A stretch of 61,971 nucleotides of DNA, the filler included, from Actinomycetota bacterium (GTDB taxonomy: Bacteria; Actinomycetota; CADDZG01; JAHWKV01; JAOPZY01): NCBI GenBank assembly GCA_025963875.1. It is 5 parts of 5 records of this genome, joined end to end, with 100 filler letters (N's around TTAATTAATTAA, not from the genome) between each part and the next. Parts side by side here need not be neighbours in the genome. Positions count along the whole stretch, not along the records: positions 1 to 11,580 come from JAOPZY010000038.1; 4 more parts are not named here. One strand, 5' to 3'. The notes beneath the pieces are model-generated. The model was not told where the DNA came from and did no database searches. It worked only from the letters and a program-made list of their open reading frames with translations. The position numbers and the translations under genes are program-made. Shown one piece after another: positions 1 to 8,197 of this stretch. The first letter of the stretch is position 1. Each line of letters begins with the position of its first letter.

Positions 1-1568
1 GGATCGCGGGCACTGAACAACGGGTCGACGAGGGCGGACTTCGGTATCGACCTGTCGGTGAGGACGAAGCCTGCCGAATCGAGCGCGACGGTGCCGCCGA
101 GCCAGCCGGTCGCCGCCTCGGCGCCGATGAAGCAGAACAGGCCCGAGCACGAGACGGTGCGCCGCCTGCCCGTGGGCGTGTGCTCGAGCGTCACGCGTTC
201 GAGGTGGGCGCCACCCCCGAGGGCTCGGACCTCGGTGTCGGCGAGGATCTTGATGCGCGGGTCCACCTCGACACGGTCGATCAGGTAGCGAGACATGTGG
301 GCAGCCAGGCTCGAGCGTCGGATGACGATGGAGACGCGGCTTCCCAGCTGCGCCAGGTACAGGGCGGCCTGGCCGGCTGAGTTGCCGCCGCCGACCACGA
401 TGACGTCGCCGCCGCTGCAGATCCGGGCCTCGAGCTCCGTGGCCGCGTAGTACACGCCGGCTCCTTCGAACCGGTCGAGGTCGTCGACGGCAAGGCGCCG
501 GTACCGCGCGCCGGTGGCGACCATGACAGCCCGGCAGGCAATCTCGCTCTCGTCGGCCAGAACCACGACGTGGAAGCCCTGCTCGATGCGGAGCGCGATC
601 GCTTCGTTCGGGCTGGCCAGGAGGGCTCCGAGGCGTTGCGCCTGGATGGCGATGCGAGCGGTCAGCTCTCCCCCCGAGATTCCGCTGGGAAACCCGGCGT
701 AGTTCTCGATGCGCGAGCTTGCACCCGCCTGCCCGCCCGGCCCGACGGCGTCCAGGCAGACCGTGTCGAGTCCTTCCGACGCCCCGTACACGGAGGCCGC
801 AAGCCCAGCGGGGCCGGTTCCCACAATCACGAGGTCGAACACCCGCCCCGGCACCGGTTGGTAGGTCAGTCCGAACTCGGCTGCGAGGTCCACGGGGGAC
901 GGGTGGCGCAGGACTGCGGTCGGGGTCACGACAACGGGTGTGTCCGTGGGTCGCAGGCCCATGCTGGCCAACACGGCGTCGACGTCGTCGGCGTCGTCGA
1001 GGTCGATCCACGTGTAGGCGAGCCGGGCGCGGGTGGCAAACGACCGGAGGGCCATTGCGTCGGGCGAGTACCGCGAGCCGATGATCCGCACCGCACGAGC
1101 CGCCTCGCCCGCCCTGAGGAATTCCCTGCGTGCGACGAGGGCCCGGAAGATGGTGTCGGCAAGGGCAGGTCTCGAGCTCATCAGGCGGCGGAACTCGCTG
1201 CGGTCTATCTCCAGAATCCAACCGGAGCGCTTCGCTCTCGCCGTCAGGTACGTTCGCTGGCCGGTAAGGAGTCCGATCCCGCCGACGAACTGGCCGGCCG
1301 GGAAGGTTGCGATGACGGCTTCCTCCGCCTCGTCGAGCCGGACGAGTTCGATCTCGCCTTCGAGGATGACCAAGAAGTTGGGCAGATCCTCACCCGGCTC
1401 GAACAGCACGTCGCCGCTGACAATCGGCCGCCGGTGGCCGAACCCGGCCAGCTCCGACAAGGCATCGTCGTCGAAGGTCGGATAGAGGACACTGTCGGAG
1501 CTCACTCCCGTGAGGGCGTCGTCTGTGGTGGTCAACGCGTGGGCTCCATGACGGACGGGTGTTGCCAT
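1..1568 (-). CDS. Cyclic-nucleotide-binding domain / thioredoxin reductase-like FAD oxidoreductase (3' end outside window)
   Basis: Manual translation from ATG 1568: N-terminal cNMP domain (GDVLFEPG, GQFVGGIGLLTG), then GTGPAG, GGQAGASSRIENYAGFP, GVYYAAT, GGGNSAGQAA; frame open to the window edge. Missing from the ORF track because it has no stop. Confidence 0.9.
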   Translation of the reverse strand, partial: MATPVRHGAHALTTTDDALTGVSSDSVLYPTFDDDALSELAGFGHRRPIVSGDVLFEPGEDLPNFLVILEGEIELVRLDEAEEAVIATFPAGQFVGGIGLLTGQRTYLTARAKRSGWILEIDRSEFRRLMSSRPALADTIFRALVARREFLRAGEAARAVRIIGSRYSPDAMALRSFATRARLAYTWIDLDDADDVDAVLASMGLRPTDTPVVVTPTAVLRHPSPVDLAAEFGLTYQPVPGRVFDLVIVGTGPAGLAASVYGASEGLDTVCLDAVGPGGQAGASSRIENYAGFPSGISGGELTARIAIQAQRLGALLASPNEAIALRIEQGFHVVVLADESEIACRAVMVATGARYRRLAVDDLDRFEGAGVYYAATELEARICSGGDVIVVGGGNSAGQAALYLAQLGSRVSIVIRRSSLAAHMSRYLIDRVEVDPRIKILADTEVRALGGGAHLERVTLEHTPTGRRRTVSCSGLFCFIGAEAATGWLGGTVALDSAGFVLTDRSIPKSALVDPLFSARD

Positions 1569-1617
1569 GTCCCGGCTCTCCCTACGGCGTGCCGTCGAGG
1601 ACCCATGAAGCTGTCCA

Positions 1618-2352
1618 TCAGATGGCGGTGCGACCGCCGTCGGCGGCGATGACCGCGCCGGTCACGTAGCTGGCTTTCGGGGAGGCCAGGAACGCAATGA
1701 CGTCGGCGATCTCGCCAGGCTGGGCGGGCCTGGCCAGCAGGGTGGTGGCGGCGAGGGCCTCGGTCCGGGCGGCCCGCTGCACATCGGTGAGGACGGGTCC
1801 GGCGGCCACGGCGTTGACGCGGACGCCGGCCGGGCTGAACTCGGCCGCCCAGGAACGGGTCATCGACGCCAACGTGGCCTTGGTGGCGCCGTAGGCGGCG
1901 CCACCGGCGAGACCGATCTGGCCGGCCATGCTCCCGACGTTGACAATGCTGCCGCTTCCCCGAGCTGCCATCTTCGGTGCCAGCGCAGCGACGAGGAAGT
2001 ACGGCGCTCGGACATTTGCGGCGAAGAGCCGGTCGAAGGTCGCCACGTCGAGCTCCTCCGTCGGTCCGAACCAGGAGAACCCGGCGTTGTTGACCAAGAT
2101 GTCGACCGCGCCCACCTCCTGGACCAGATCCTCCAGCTCGGCCGGCTGGCTGAGATCGCCGGCTACGAAGCGGGCCGTGCCCCCCTCGGCCGTGATGGTG
2201 TCGACCACCGCCTCACCGCGGTCGGCGTCGCGTCCGTGCACGATGACGTCGGCGCCGTGGCGGGCAAGCTCCTCGGCCGCCGCTTTGCCGATGCCTGAGG
2301 TCGCACCGGTGACCAGGGCGCTGAGGCCCTCGAGGTCTCGCTGTCCGTTCAT
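1618..2352 (-). CDS. Short-chain dehydrogenase/reductase (SDR)
   Basis: TGATSGIG, NNAG and YGATK motifs; ATG preceded by AAAGGA. Confidence 0.95.
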   Translation of the reverse strand: MNGQRDLEGLSALVTGATSGIGKAAAEELARHGADVIVHGRDADRGEAVVDTITAEGGTARFVAGDLSQPAELEDLVQEVGAVDILVNNAGFSWFGPTEELDVATFDRLFAANVRAPYFLVAALAPKMAARGSGSIVNVGSMAGQIGLAGGAAYGATKATLASMTRSWAAEFSPAGVRVNAVAAGPVLTDVQRAARTEALAATTLLARPAQPGEIADVIAFLASPKASYVTGAVIAADGGRTAI

Positions 2353-2409
2353 GTCCGGTGTCCTTTCAGCCGGGAGTTGCTCAGGCAAACGCCTCTTGGG
2401 TCTCTGGCC

Positions 2410-2423
2410 AGACTTACCTGTCT
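2410..2423. promoter_or_regulatory. Putative TetR operator upstream of the SDR gene
   Basis: AGACTTACCTGTCT, a variant of the palindrome AGACAGATCTGTCT that recurs at 3138 and 3181. Confidence 0.6.
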
Positions 2424-2460
2424 GTCCATGTTGACACAGACGCGATGGCGGACGGATCCG

Positions 2461-3120
2461 TTATCGCGCTGCCTTTCGCTGGCGTCCGACAGAGGGCGCG
2501 CGTACGGTGGCCGCATCAAGCAGTGCTGCGGCCGCCGAACGAGCGGCGGCGCCGGCGCCGGAGCGGTCCTTGTCGAGCCGCGCCGCGACCGCTGCGCCGT
2601 CGTAGAGCAGCGCGAGCTGTCGGCCGAGGCGTTTCGGGTCGCTGGCCCCGGCTGATCTGGCGAGGCCGGTGAACAGCGTCCTCACCCACGTGCGGTACTC
2701 CTCTGTCAACGCCCCGATGCTTTCGTCGGGTCGCGCCTCCGCACTGGCGCTGACAAACCTGCATCCTCGGAACGTTGTTCCCGCCAGCGCGTCCTGCACA
2801 TCGGCGAAGAGTCCGAGGAGACGCTCTCTGGGAGAGTCGTACCTGGCAAGCACCTGGGCCACGTGTTCGCGCCGGTCTGCGAAGTGCTCTTCGAGGTACG
2901 CGCGAACGAGCCCATCCTTGTTCCCGAAGTGGGTGTAGAGCGAGGCCTTGGCTACCCCCGCTTCCTCAAGGAGACGGTCGATGCCGACGACGTGTACGCC
3001 CTCCTCAGAGAAGAGCCTGTCCGCAACATCCAAGAGGCGACGGCGCGGCCCCGGTTCTGACACCGGGGATCGCTCGCCGGGCCGAACTTGGTTTGTCTTC
3101 GCGGTGGTCTTGTTTCGCAT
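2461..3120 (-). CDS. TetR/AcrR family transcriptional regulator
   Basis: HTH GIDRLLEEAGVAKASLYTHFGNKDGL; FRGCRF C-terminal motif. Confidence 0.95.
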   Translation of the reverse strand: MRNKTTAKTNQVRPGERSPVSEPGPRRRLLDVADRLFSEEGVHVVGIDRLLEEAGVAKASLYTHFGNKDGLVRAYLEEHFADRREHVAQVLARYDSPRERLLGLFADVQDALAGTTFRGCRFVSASAEARPDESIGALTEEYRTWVRTLFTGLARSAGASDPKRLGRQLALLYDGAAVAARLDKDRSGAGAAARSAAAALLDAATVRAPSVGRQRKAAR

Positions 3121-3137
3121 GCCCTACCAGGATAGCC

Positions 3138-3194
3138 AGATGGATCTGTCTACGGGACGACACGGGAGGGCCAACGGCATAGACAGACCTGTTG
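3138..3194. promoter_or_regulatory. Two putative TetR operators in the divergent tetR/hydrolase region
   Basis: AGATGGATCTGTCT (3138-3151) and AGACAGACCTGTTG (3181-3194). Confidence 0.6.
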
Positions 3195-3256
3195 GTATAC
3201 GCTAGTGGAGCCAGACCGCTTCGATCACGGCACGAGCTCAAGACAGGGGCAAGCCC

Positions 3257-4105
3257 ATGACGATTGACACAGCCATCCGTGAGGCGGATGGCGTGAAGAT
3301 CCGCTTCGCCGAGGCAGGGCAGGGTGGGAACGAAACGGTCGTCTTGACCTGCCCCTGGCCGGAAAGTCTGTTCGCATTCCGAAAGGTGTGGGACCGCTTG
3401 TCCGAGCGCTTCCACCTGGTTGCGATTGATCTCCCCGGGTTTGGACAGTCGGAGGGGCGATTGGACCTGTTCTCGCCCCCGGCGATGGGAGCCTTCCTCG
3501 TCCAGCTGGTTCGAGAGTGGGACTTGGGTCCCGTCCATATCGTCGGCCCTGACGTCGGGACAGCCGCCGCACTCCTGGCAGCGGCCGGCAATCCCGAGCT
3601 GGTGCGCAGCCTCGTGATTGGTGGCGGCGCTACGGCGGTTCCATTGCGGGTGGGCGGTGCACTGAAGGACATCATCGAGGCGCCCGACATGGAGGGGTAC
3701 CGTCAGATCGACTCCAAAGACATTCTCGGTCCCGTCTACGACGCGATGCCTGGCGGTCCCCCACCCAAAGAGGTCCGAGATGACTACCTGGACTCGTACG
3801 CCGGGGACCGGTTTGTCGAGTCAGCTCGCTACGTCCGCACGTATCCAACCGAGCTCCCTACGTTGGCCGCACAGCTGCCAGGAATCAAGACGCCCGTTCA
3901 AATCGTGTCCGGACGCGATGACGAATTGGTGCCACCTGCCAATGCAGAGTTTCTTCACGAGCGACTGCCCAACAGCCGAATGGAACTTCTGCCGGCAGGC
4001 CACTTCGCGTGGGAGGAAGTCCCGGATCTGTATGGCGGCATCCTGATCAGTTGGCTGAGCGCCGGATATCGCGAGGCGTCTGAACGACCACCATCTTCTC
4101 TTTAA
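3257..4105 (+). CDS. Alpha/beta fold hydrolase
   Basis: CPWPES, DLPGFGQS, GPDVG nucleophile elbow, C-terminal AGHF. Confidence 0.93.
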   Translation: MTIDTAIREADGVKIRFAEAGQGGNETVVLTCPWPESLFAFRKVWDRLSERFHLVAIDLPGFGQSEGRLDLFSPPAMGAFLVQLVREWDLGPVHIVGPDVGTAAALLAAAGNPELVRSLVIGGGATAVPLRVGGALKDIIEAPDMEGYRQIDSKDILGPVYDAMPGGPPPKEVRDDYLDSYAGDRFVESARYVRTYPTELPTLAAQLPGIKTPVQIVSGRDDELVPPANAEFLHERLPNSRMELLPAGHFAWEEVPDLYGGILISWLSAGYREASERPPSSL

Positions 4106-4115
4106 GGAGAGCCCC

Positions 4116-4538
4116 ATGCCAATGATCGACGTGTACGCCACGGCAGGAACATTCGCCAACAGGTCTGAACTCGCCAAGGACCTTGCCGCGGCCATGATGC
4201 GGTGGGAGGGCGTCCCCGAGATCTCGCTCTTCCTGGACAACACAGCCGCCTTCGTCCACGAGTTGGACCCCGACGCTCTGGCCAACGCGGTAGGCGACAG
4301 CAACTACGTCCGCGTCCAGATCCTGACCCCCGTCGGAGTTCTCGACCGTGACAAGCAGCTTGGTGTCGTGAAGGAGATGACCGGGATCATCGCCGCTGCA
4401 GCTGGCGACCCCAGCCTCGTGGAGCGCACCTGGGTTCTCATCACTGAGGCCCCCGAGGGAGGTTGGGGCATCGACGGACACGCCTACACCGGCGTCGACA
4501 TCGCCGAGGCCGCCCGCCGAGAACTCACCGGACGCTGA
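4116..4538 (+). CDS. Tautomerase superfamily protein (4-OT/MSAD-like)
   Basis: Pro-1 after Met (MPMIDV), WVLITE..EGGWGIDG; RBS AAGGAG. Confidence 0.88.
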   Translation: MPMIDVYATAGTFANRSELAKDLAAAMMRWEGVPEISLFLDNTAAFVHELDPDALANAVGDSNYVRVQILTPVGVLDRDKQLGVVKEMTGIIAAAAGDPSLVERTWVLITEAPEGGWGIDGHAYTGVDIAEAARRELTGR

Positions 4539-4585
4539 TCCCGCTGTGCCGGCGCGCGCTCACTCTGGGTAGTCGTCCGGAGTTT

Positions 4586-4831
4586 CAATACGGCCCAGTG
4601 GAGGCGACTTGTCCAGTTTCCAGGGGGTTCCCGCAGTGGCCAGAATATTCTTTGTTTGTCCTACCGCGTATACCGCGGTGAAGCAAACAAAGAATCCCGG
4701 CGGGCATCGTCGAAGACCAAGCGCCGCCACTGACGGTGGTGGGTTTCATTCAAGCGGATCGCCCCGGCGCGCGCTTTCCCACTCAGCTCGGCAAGTGTGG
4801 GACGGCCCCTGTCCCTAAGTAAACGGCATTG
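4586..4831. mobile_element. Possible non-autonomous IS4-family remnant (MITE-like)
   Basis: Right end CCTAAGTAAACGGCATTG (reverse complement CAATGCCGTTTACTTAGG) and left CAATACGGCCCAGTGGAG resemble the IS4 TIR TAATGCCGATCAGTTAAG; internal 49-nt hairpin; no target duplication seen. Confidence 0.45.
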
Positions 4832-4832
4832 G

Positions 4833-5030
4833 GGCTACACCCGGTCGGTCTGCGTCTCCAACTTCAACGTGGCCGAGCTGGAGGCGCTGTTCGCAGTCGC
4901 CACCGTCCCGCCGGTGGTCAACCAGGTGCAGTTCAGCCCCTTCAAGTACCGTCGAGCGCTGCTCGAAGGTTGACAGCAGCGCAACGTCGCCCTCGAGGCC
5001 TACAGTCCGCTCGGGACCGCCCGACGCGCT
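4833..5030 (+). pseudogene. Aldo/keto reductase fragment
   Basis: RSVCVSNFNVAELE...PPVVNQVQFSP...LLEG*QQRNVALEAYSPLG; no start codon and an in-frame TGA at 4971. Confidence 0.85.
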
Positions 5031-5119
5031 TGGCAGCACGCTTGACCCTCCGGTTGGAAAGAGTTCGGCCGGACCAGCGCATCTCTGCTCTTATCCCCCG
5101 GCCCGGCATTGACAGTGAA

Positions 5120-5173
5120 GCGCCCTGGTCCCTCGACGGAGCCATCAAAAGACACCGACACGATCTTTCTCAC
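5120..5173 (-). pseudogene. N-terminal remnant of a dihydrofolate reductase/RibD-C family gene
   Basis: VRKIVSVSFDGSVEGPG resembles the MRKI...SLDG..EGP family start, then similarity stops. Confidence 0.45.
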
Positions 5174-5243
5174 CACGGTTCCCCCCAAGCCGTCATGGTC
5201 CGGGCTCCACGGCCGGATTACACGGGGGAACTCAGCGAGCGGT

Positions 5244-5639
5244 CTAGCCTTCGCGCTTCAATTTGCGCCAGCCGCCGGACCGGTTGTTCGCGATGATCTG
5301 CTTGACCATGGCGGTGAGCGCGGCCGCGTTGACGGTTTCGCCCTGGCGGACGGCCACGGTGCGGGCCGTCTTGTTGTCGTGGCCGCCGGTGATGATTCCC
5401 TCGGGATCAGGGACGATCGCGCCGTCGTAGAGAAAGACATTGACGTGGTCCTTCGCCGCCAACAGGGCGCAGATGTTGCCCGGCAGCACGAAGTATGGGC
5501 GGTTGGTGCGCTTGATCGTCTCGGTGACCTCGGGGTCGGCGACGTGGATCAGATCCCGGACCTCTCGGCAGATGGCCTGCTGCCAGCCGGGCAGGGCATC
5601 GATGTAGGCGTCCACGCGCGGGTCGGCGGTGTAGGTCAT
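5244..5639 (-). CDS. DUF1801 (YdhG-like) protein
   Basis: DPRVDAYIDALP..QQAIC.EVRDLIH.ADPEVTETIK. Confidence 0.88.
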   Translation of the reverse strand: MTYTADPRVDAYIDALPGWQQAICREVRDLIHVADPEVTETIKRTNRPYFVLPGNICALLAAKDHVNVFLYDGAIVPDPEGIITGGHDNKTARTVAVRQGETVNAAALTAMVKQIIANNRSGGWRKLKREG

Positions 5640-5713
5640 GGGCGGGTCCACATTAGCCGGGCCTTGGGGGTGGAGGCAGTTGATAGACTCGGCCGCCACA
5701 CGTGGAGGAGGCT

Positions 5714-6238
5714 ATGGACTTCTCACTTGATCTTGGCAGGGAAGTGCTCCGTCAAACTCCGGTCGTGCTTCAAGCGATGCTGTCGGAGCTGTCGGAGGAC
5801 TGGATCGCCGGCGACGAAGGACCCGACACGTGGTCTCCCTACCAGGTCGTCGGGCACCTCACCCACATCGATGAGTGCGACTGGATCGACCGGACGAGGG
5901 CGATCCTCGAGCATGGCACTGAACGTATGCTTCAGCCCGTCGACCGAGAGGCTGGGTTCATCCGCTTCAAGGACTGGAAGCTCGGCGATCTTCTGGACCG
6001 ATTCGCCACCGTGCGGACCTCGAATCTCGAGACGGTCGCCACGCTGGTCAAGGCTGACGACCTGGGGCGACGAGGGGTCCATCCCACCTTTGGGGAGGTG
6101 ACCCTCGGACAGCTTCTCGCAACGTGGGTGGTGCACGATCTGAACCACCTCGGTCAGATCGTCAAGACGATGGCCAAGCAATACACGCAAGCGGTCGGCC
6201 CGTGGTCCGCGTTCCTTCCGATCGTCAACGCGCCCTGA
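5714..6238 (+). CDS. DinB family protein
   Basis: WSPYQVVGHL, DWIDR, GVHPTFGEVTL, WVVHDLNHLGQI; RBS GGAGGAGG. Confidence 0.9.
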   Translation: MDFSLDLGREVLRQTPVVLQAMLSELSEDWIAGDEGPDTWSPYQVVGHLTHIDECDWIDRTRAILEHGTERMLQPVDREAGFIRFKDWKLGDLLDRFATVRTSNLETVATLVKADDLGRRGVHPTFGEVTLGQLLATWVVHDLNHLGQIVKTMAKQYTQAVGPWSAFLPIVNAP

Positions 6239-6258
6239 TCTCGGCAACCGAAGGCGTC

Positions 6259-6285
6259 TGTCACATCCCTTCGTCGCGCTGGGTC
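6259..6285 (+). promoter_or_regulatory. ECF41 (SigJ-type) sigma promoter
   Basis: TGTCACA-N16-GGTC upstream of a CMD gene (ECF41 consensus TGTCACA-N16-CGTC). Confidence 0.75.
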
Positions 6286-6326
6286 ATAACAGTGACCAAC
6301 GGAACGCCACCGAAAGGACAGCCGAC

Positions 6327-6797
6327 ATGAAGACAGCAACCCTGGAAGCACGAATGCGTCACCCGGTGTTCGTCCTGCCTGACGCCATGGAGGCCCTGCA
6401 GGCCCTTGGGAAGGCTGTGCACCAGGGCGGCGTGCCGCCGAAGACGCTCGAACTTGTCAACCTGCGCGCGAGCCAGATCAACGGCTGCGGCGTCTGTGCC
6501 GTCCAGCACCCTCGCATTGCCAAGAAGCTCGGGGAAACAGACGAGCGGCTCTACGCAGTGGCGGCATGGCGGGATGCGCCCTACTTCACCGAAGCCGAGC
6601 GTGCGGCGTTGGCGCTCACCGAGGCCGCGACCCGCATGAGCGATCGGGCGGACCCGGTACCGGACGAGATCTGGGACGAAGCCGCCCGGCACTACGACGA
6701 GCAGGCGCTCGCGGCCCTGGTCATCGCCATCGCCGGCATCAACGTCTGGAACCGCCTCAACGTCACCACCAGGCAGGTGGCGGGCCAGGAGTGGTAG
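6327..6797 (+). CDS. Carboxymuconolactone decarboxylase / AhpD-like protein
   Basis: ELVNLRASQINGCGVC..H, ERAALALTEA, INVWNRL. Confidence 0.93.
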   Translation: MKTATLEARMRHPVFVLPDAMEALQALGKAVHQGGVPPKTLELVNLRASQINGCGVCAVQHPRIAKKLGETDERLYAVAAWRDAPYFTEAERAALALTEAATRMSDRADPVPDEIWDEAARHYDEQALAALVIAIAGINVWNRLNVTTRQVAGQEW

Positions 6798-6804
6798 CGG
6801 CGGC

Positions 6805-7950
6805 TCAGGTGGCCGGCGCGTACTGCCGGACGCCCATCGGGCCGACGCGATGCACCACGGCCGCATTCGCGGGCCGCTCGGCGACCAGCCACGGCGCCTC
6901 CTGGATCGCCAGCTTCATGTCGGCGTACCCGGCAGCGCTGCGGCGAGCGATCGATGGCCTGGAGAACTCCGCGGGGCTGTTCGAGGCCTCGTCCGGCGTC
7001 GGCGTGTAGTGCACGTGCACCATATCCATGCTCCCCTCGTAGGAGAGGGCCGTGGCGTTCTGCACGCCAGGGGTGTCAGCCACCTCCTTGGGAAGGCTTG
7101 CACGCAGCGTGGCCAGCTGACTGCGGAGATTCAGACGGGCGGCGACCGTCTTCATGTGGTGGGCGGTGCGGCTGGCGTACTGGATCTCCTCGCTGCGCCA
7201 GGAGACCTCATCGGGGGTGTTGGGCAGCTCGCCGGCTGCGCTCCAAAGGTCGACCACGAACACCAGCGCGTGGCCGGGCGGCGGATCGTCAAGGATGGCG
7301 TGCAGGGGGGTGTTGGAGACGCACCCCCCGTCCCAGTAGGACTCGCCGTCCACAACGGTGGCCGGAAATCCGGGCGGCAGCGAGCCGCTGGCCAGCACGT
7401 GCTCCGGGCCGATCGTTTGCTTCGGGTTGACGTTGTCGAAGTAGACAATGTCTCCGGTCCGGACGTTGGTGGCGCCCAGGCTGATTCGGGTTGAGCCCGA
7501 GTTGATGAGATCGAAGTCGCAAAGCCTCGACAGCGTTGCCAGCATGGGGCTGGTGTCGTAGAAGGCGGTGGCGGATCGGGTACCGGGCACCGAGAGGTAG
7601 GGACTGACCAAGTTGGGGCTGAAGAAGTTGGGCTGCCCGAAGAGAGTGGTTTCCATGGCGGAGCCGGCGTTGAAGGCTTTGACGAAAGGGCCGGGCAGCC
7701 ATGCTCCCCATTCGTCCGGGCGGGAGATCTCGTGCCAGAGTTCGTGGAGCTTGTCCAGGCGGTCCTCCAGGGGATTGCCCACCAGGGCCGCCGAGGTGAT
7801 GGCGCCGATAGAAGTCCCGGCTACCCAGTCCGGTGCGTACCCGGCCTCGTGCATGGCCTGGTAGGCACCAATGTGGTAGGCGCCAAGCGCTCCGCCGCCC
7901 TGGAGCACGAGGATAACGGTCGAGTCTTTCGCGTCTTTGGCCTTGGCCAT
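6805..7950 (-). CDS. Patatin-like phospholipase (DUF3734-type C-terminus)
   Basis: QGGGALG, GTSIG, WDGG motifs; EFSR near the C-terminus. Confidence 0.93.
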   Translation of the reverse strand: MAKAKDAKDSTVILVLQGGGALGAYHIGAYQAMHEAGYAPDWVAGTSIGAITSAALVGNPLEDRLDKLHELWHEISRPDEWGAWLPGPFVKAFNAGSAMETTLFGQPNFFSPNLVSPYLSVPGTRSATAFYDTSPMLATLSRLCDFDLINSGSTRISLGATNVRTGDIVYFDNVNPKQTIGPEHVLASGSLPPGFPATVVDGESYWDGGCVSNTPLHAILDDPPPGHALVFVVDLWSAAGELPNTPDEVSWRSEEIQYASRTAHHMKTVAARLNLRSQLATLRASLPKEVADTPGVQNATALSYEGSMDMVHVHYTPTPDEASNSPAEFSRPSIARRSAAGYADMKLAIQEAPWLVAERPANAAVVHRVGPMGVRQYAPAT

Positions 7951-8062
7951 GGTGGTCCTCCTTCGTCTGTGGAGTGCTGGCCGGGACGGCCAGGCGCAGC
8001 AAGTTTGAGAAAGTGCTCAAACCGTCTGCTAGGTATAGTAGGCGGATGCTTGGCGGGCGTCA

Positions 8063-8116
8063 ATGCGTCGCTCTTCAGCCACCCTCGCCTGGTTTGCCAC
8101 GATCACGAGGATCTGA
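8063..8116 (+). CDS. Possible Trp-containing leader peptide (MRRSSATLAWFATITRI)
   Basis: 17-codon ORF with one TGG between a TATAGT -10 and the trpB2 start. Confidence 0.3.
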   Translation: MRRSSATLAWFATITRI

Positions 8117-8197
8117 TCCGGCCGGGATCCCATCCCATTTGCCTTCCGTTCCGGCGAGGCGGAAGCTACTCGCCACCGCGATCTCAAGGAGGAACCG

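Noticed and set aside
4971..4973. In-frame TGA in the AKR fragment as selenocysteine or readthrough
   Set aside because: The fragment lacks both ends of the gene; a simple nonsense change in a pseudogene is the more economical reading.
8003..8022. HspR HAIR element
   Set aside because: TTGAG and CTCAA are 6 nt apart here, versus 9 in HAIR; kept only as an unassigned palindrome.
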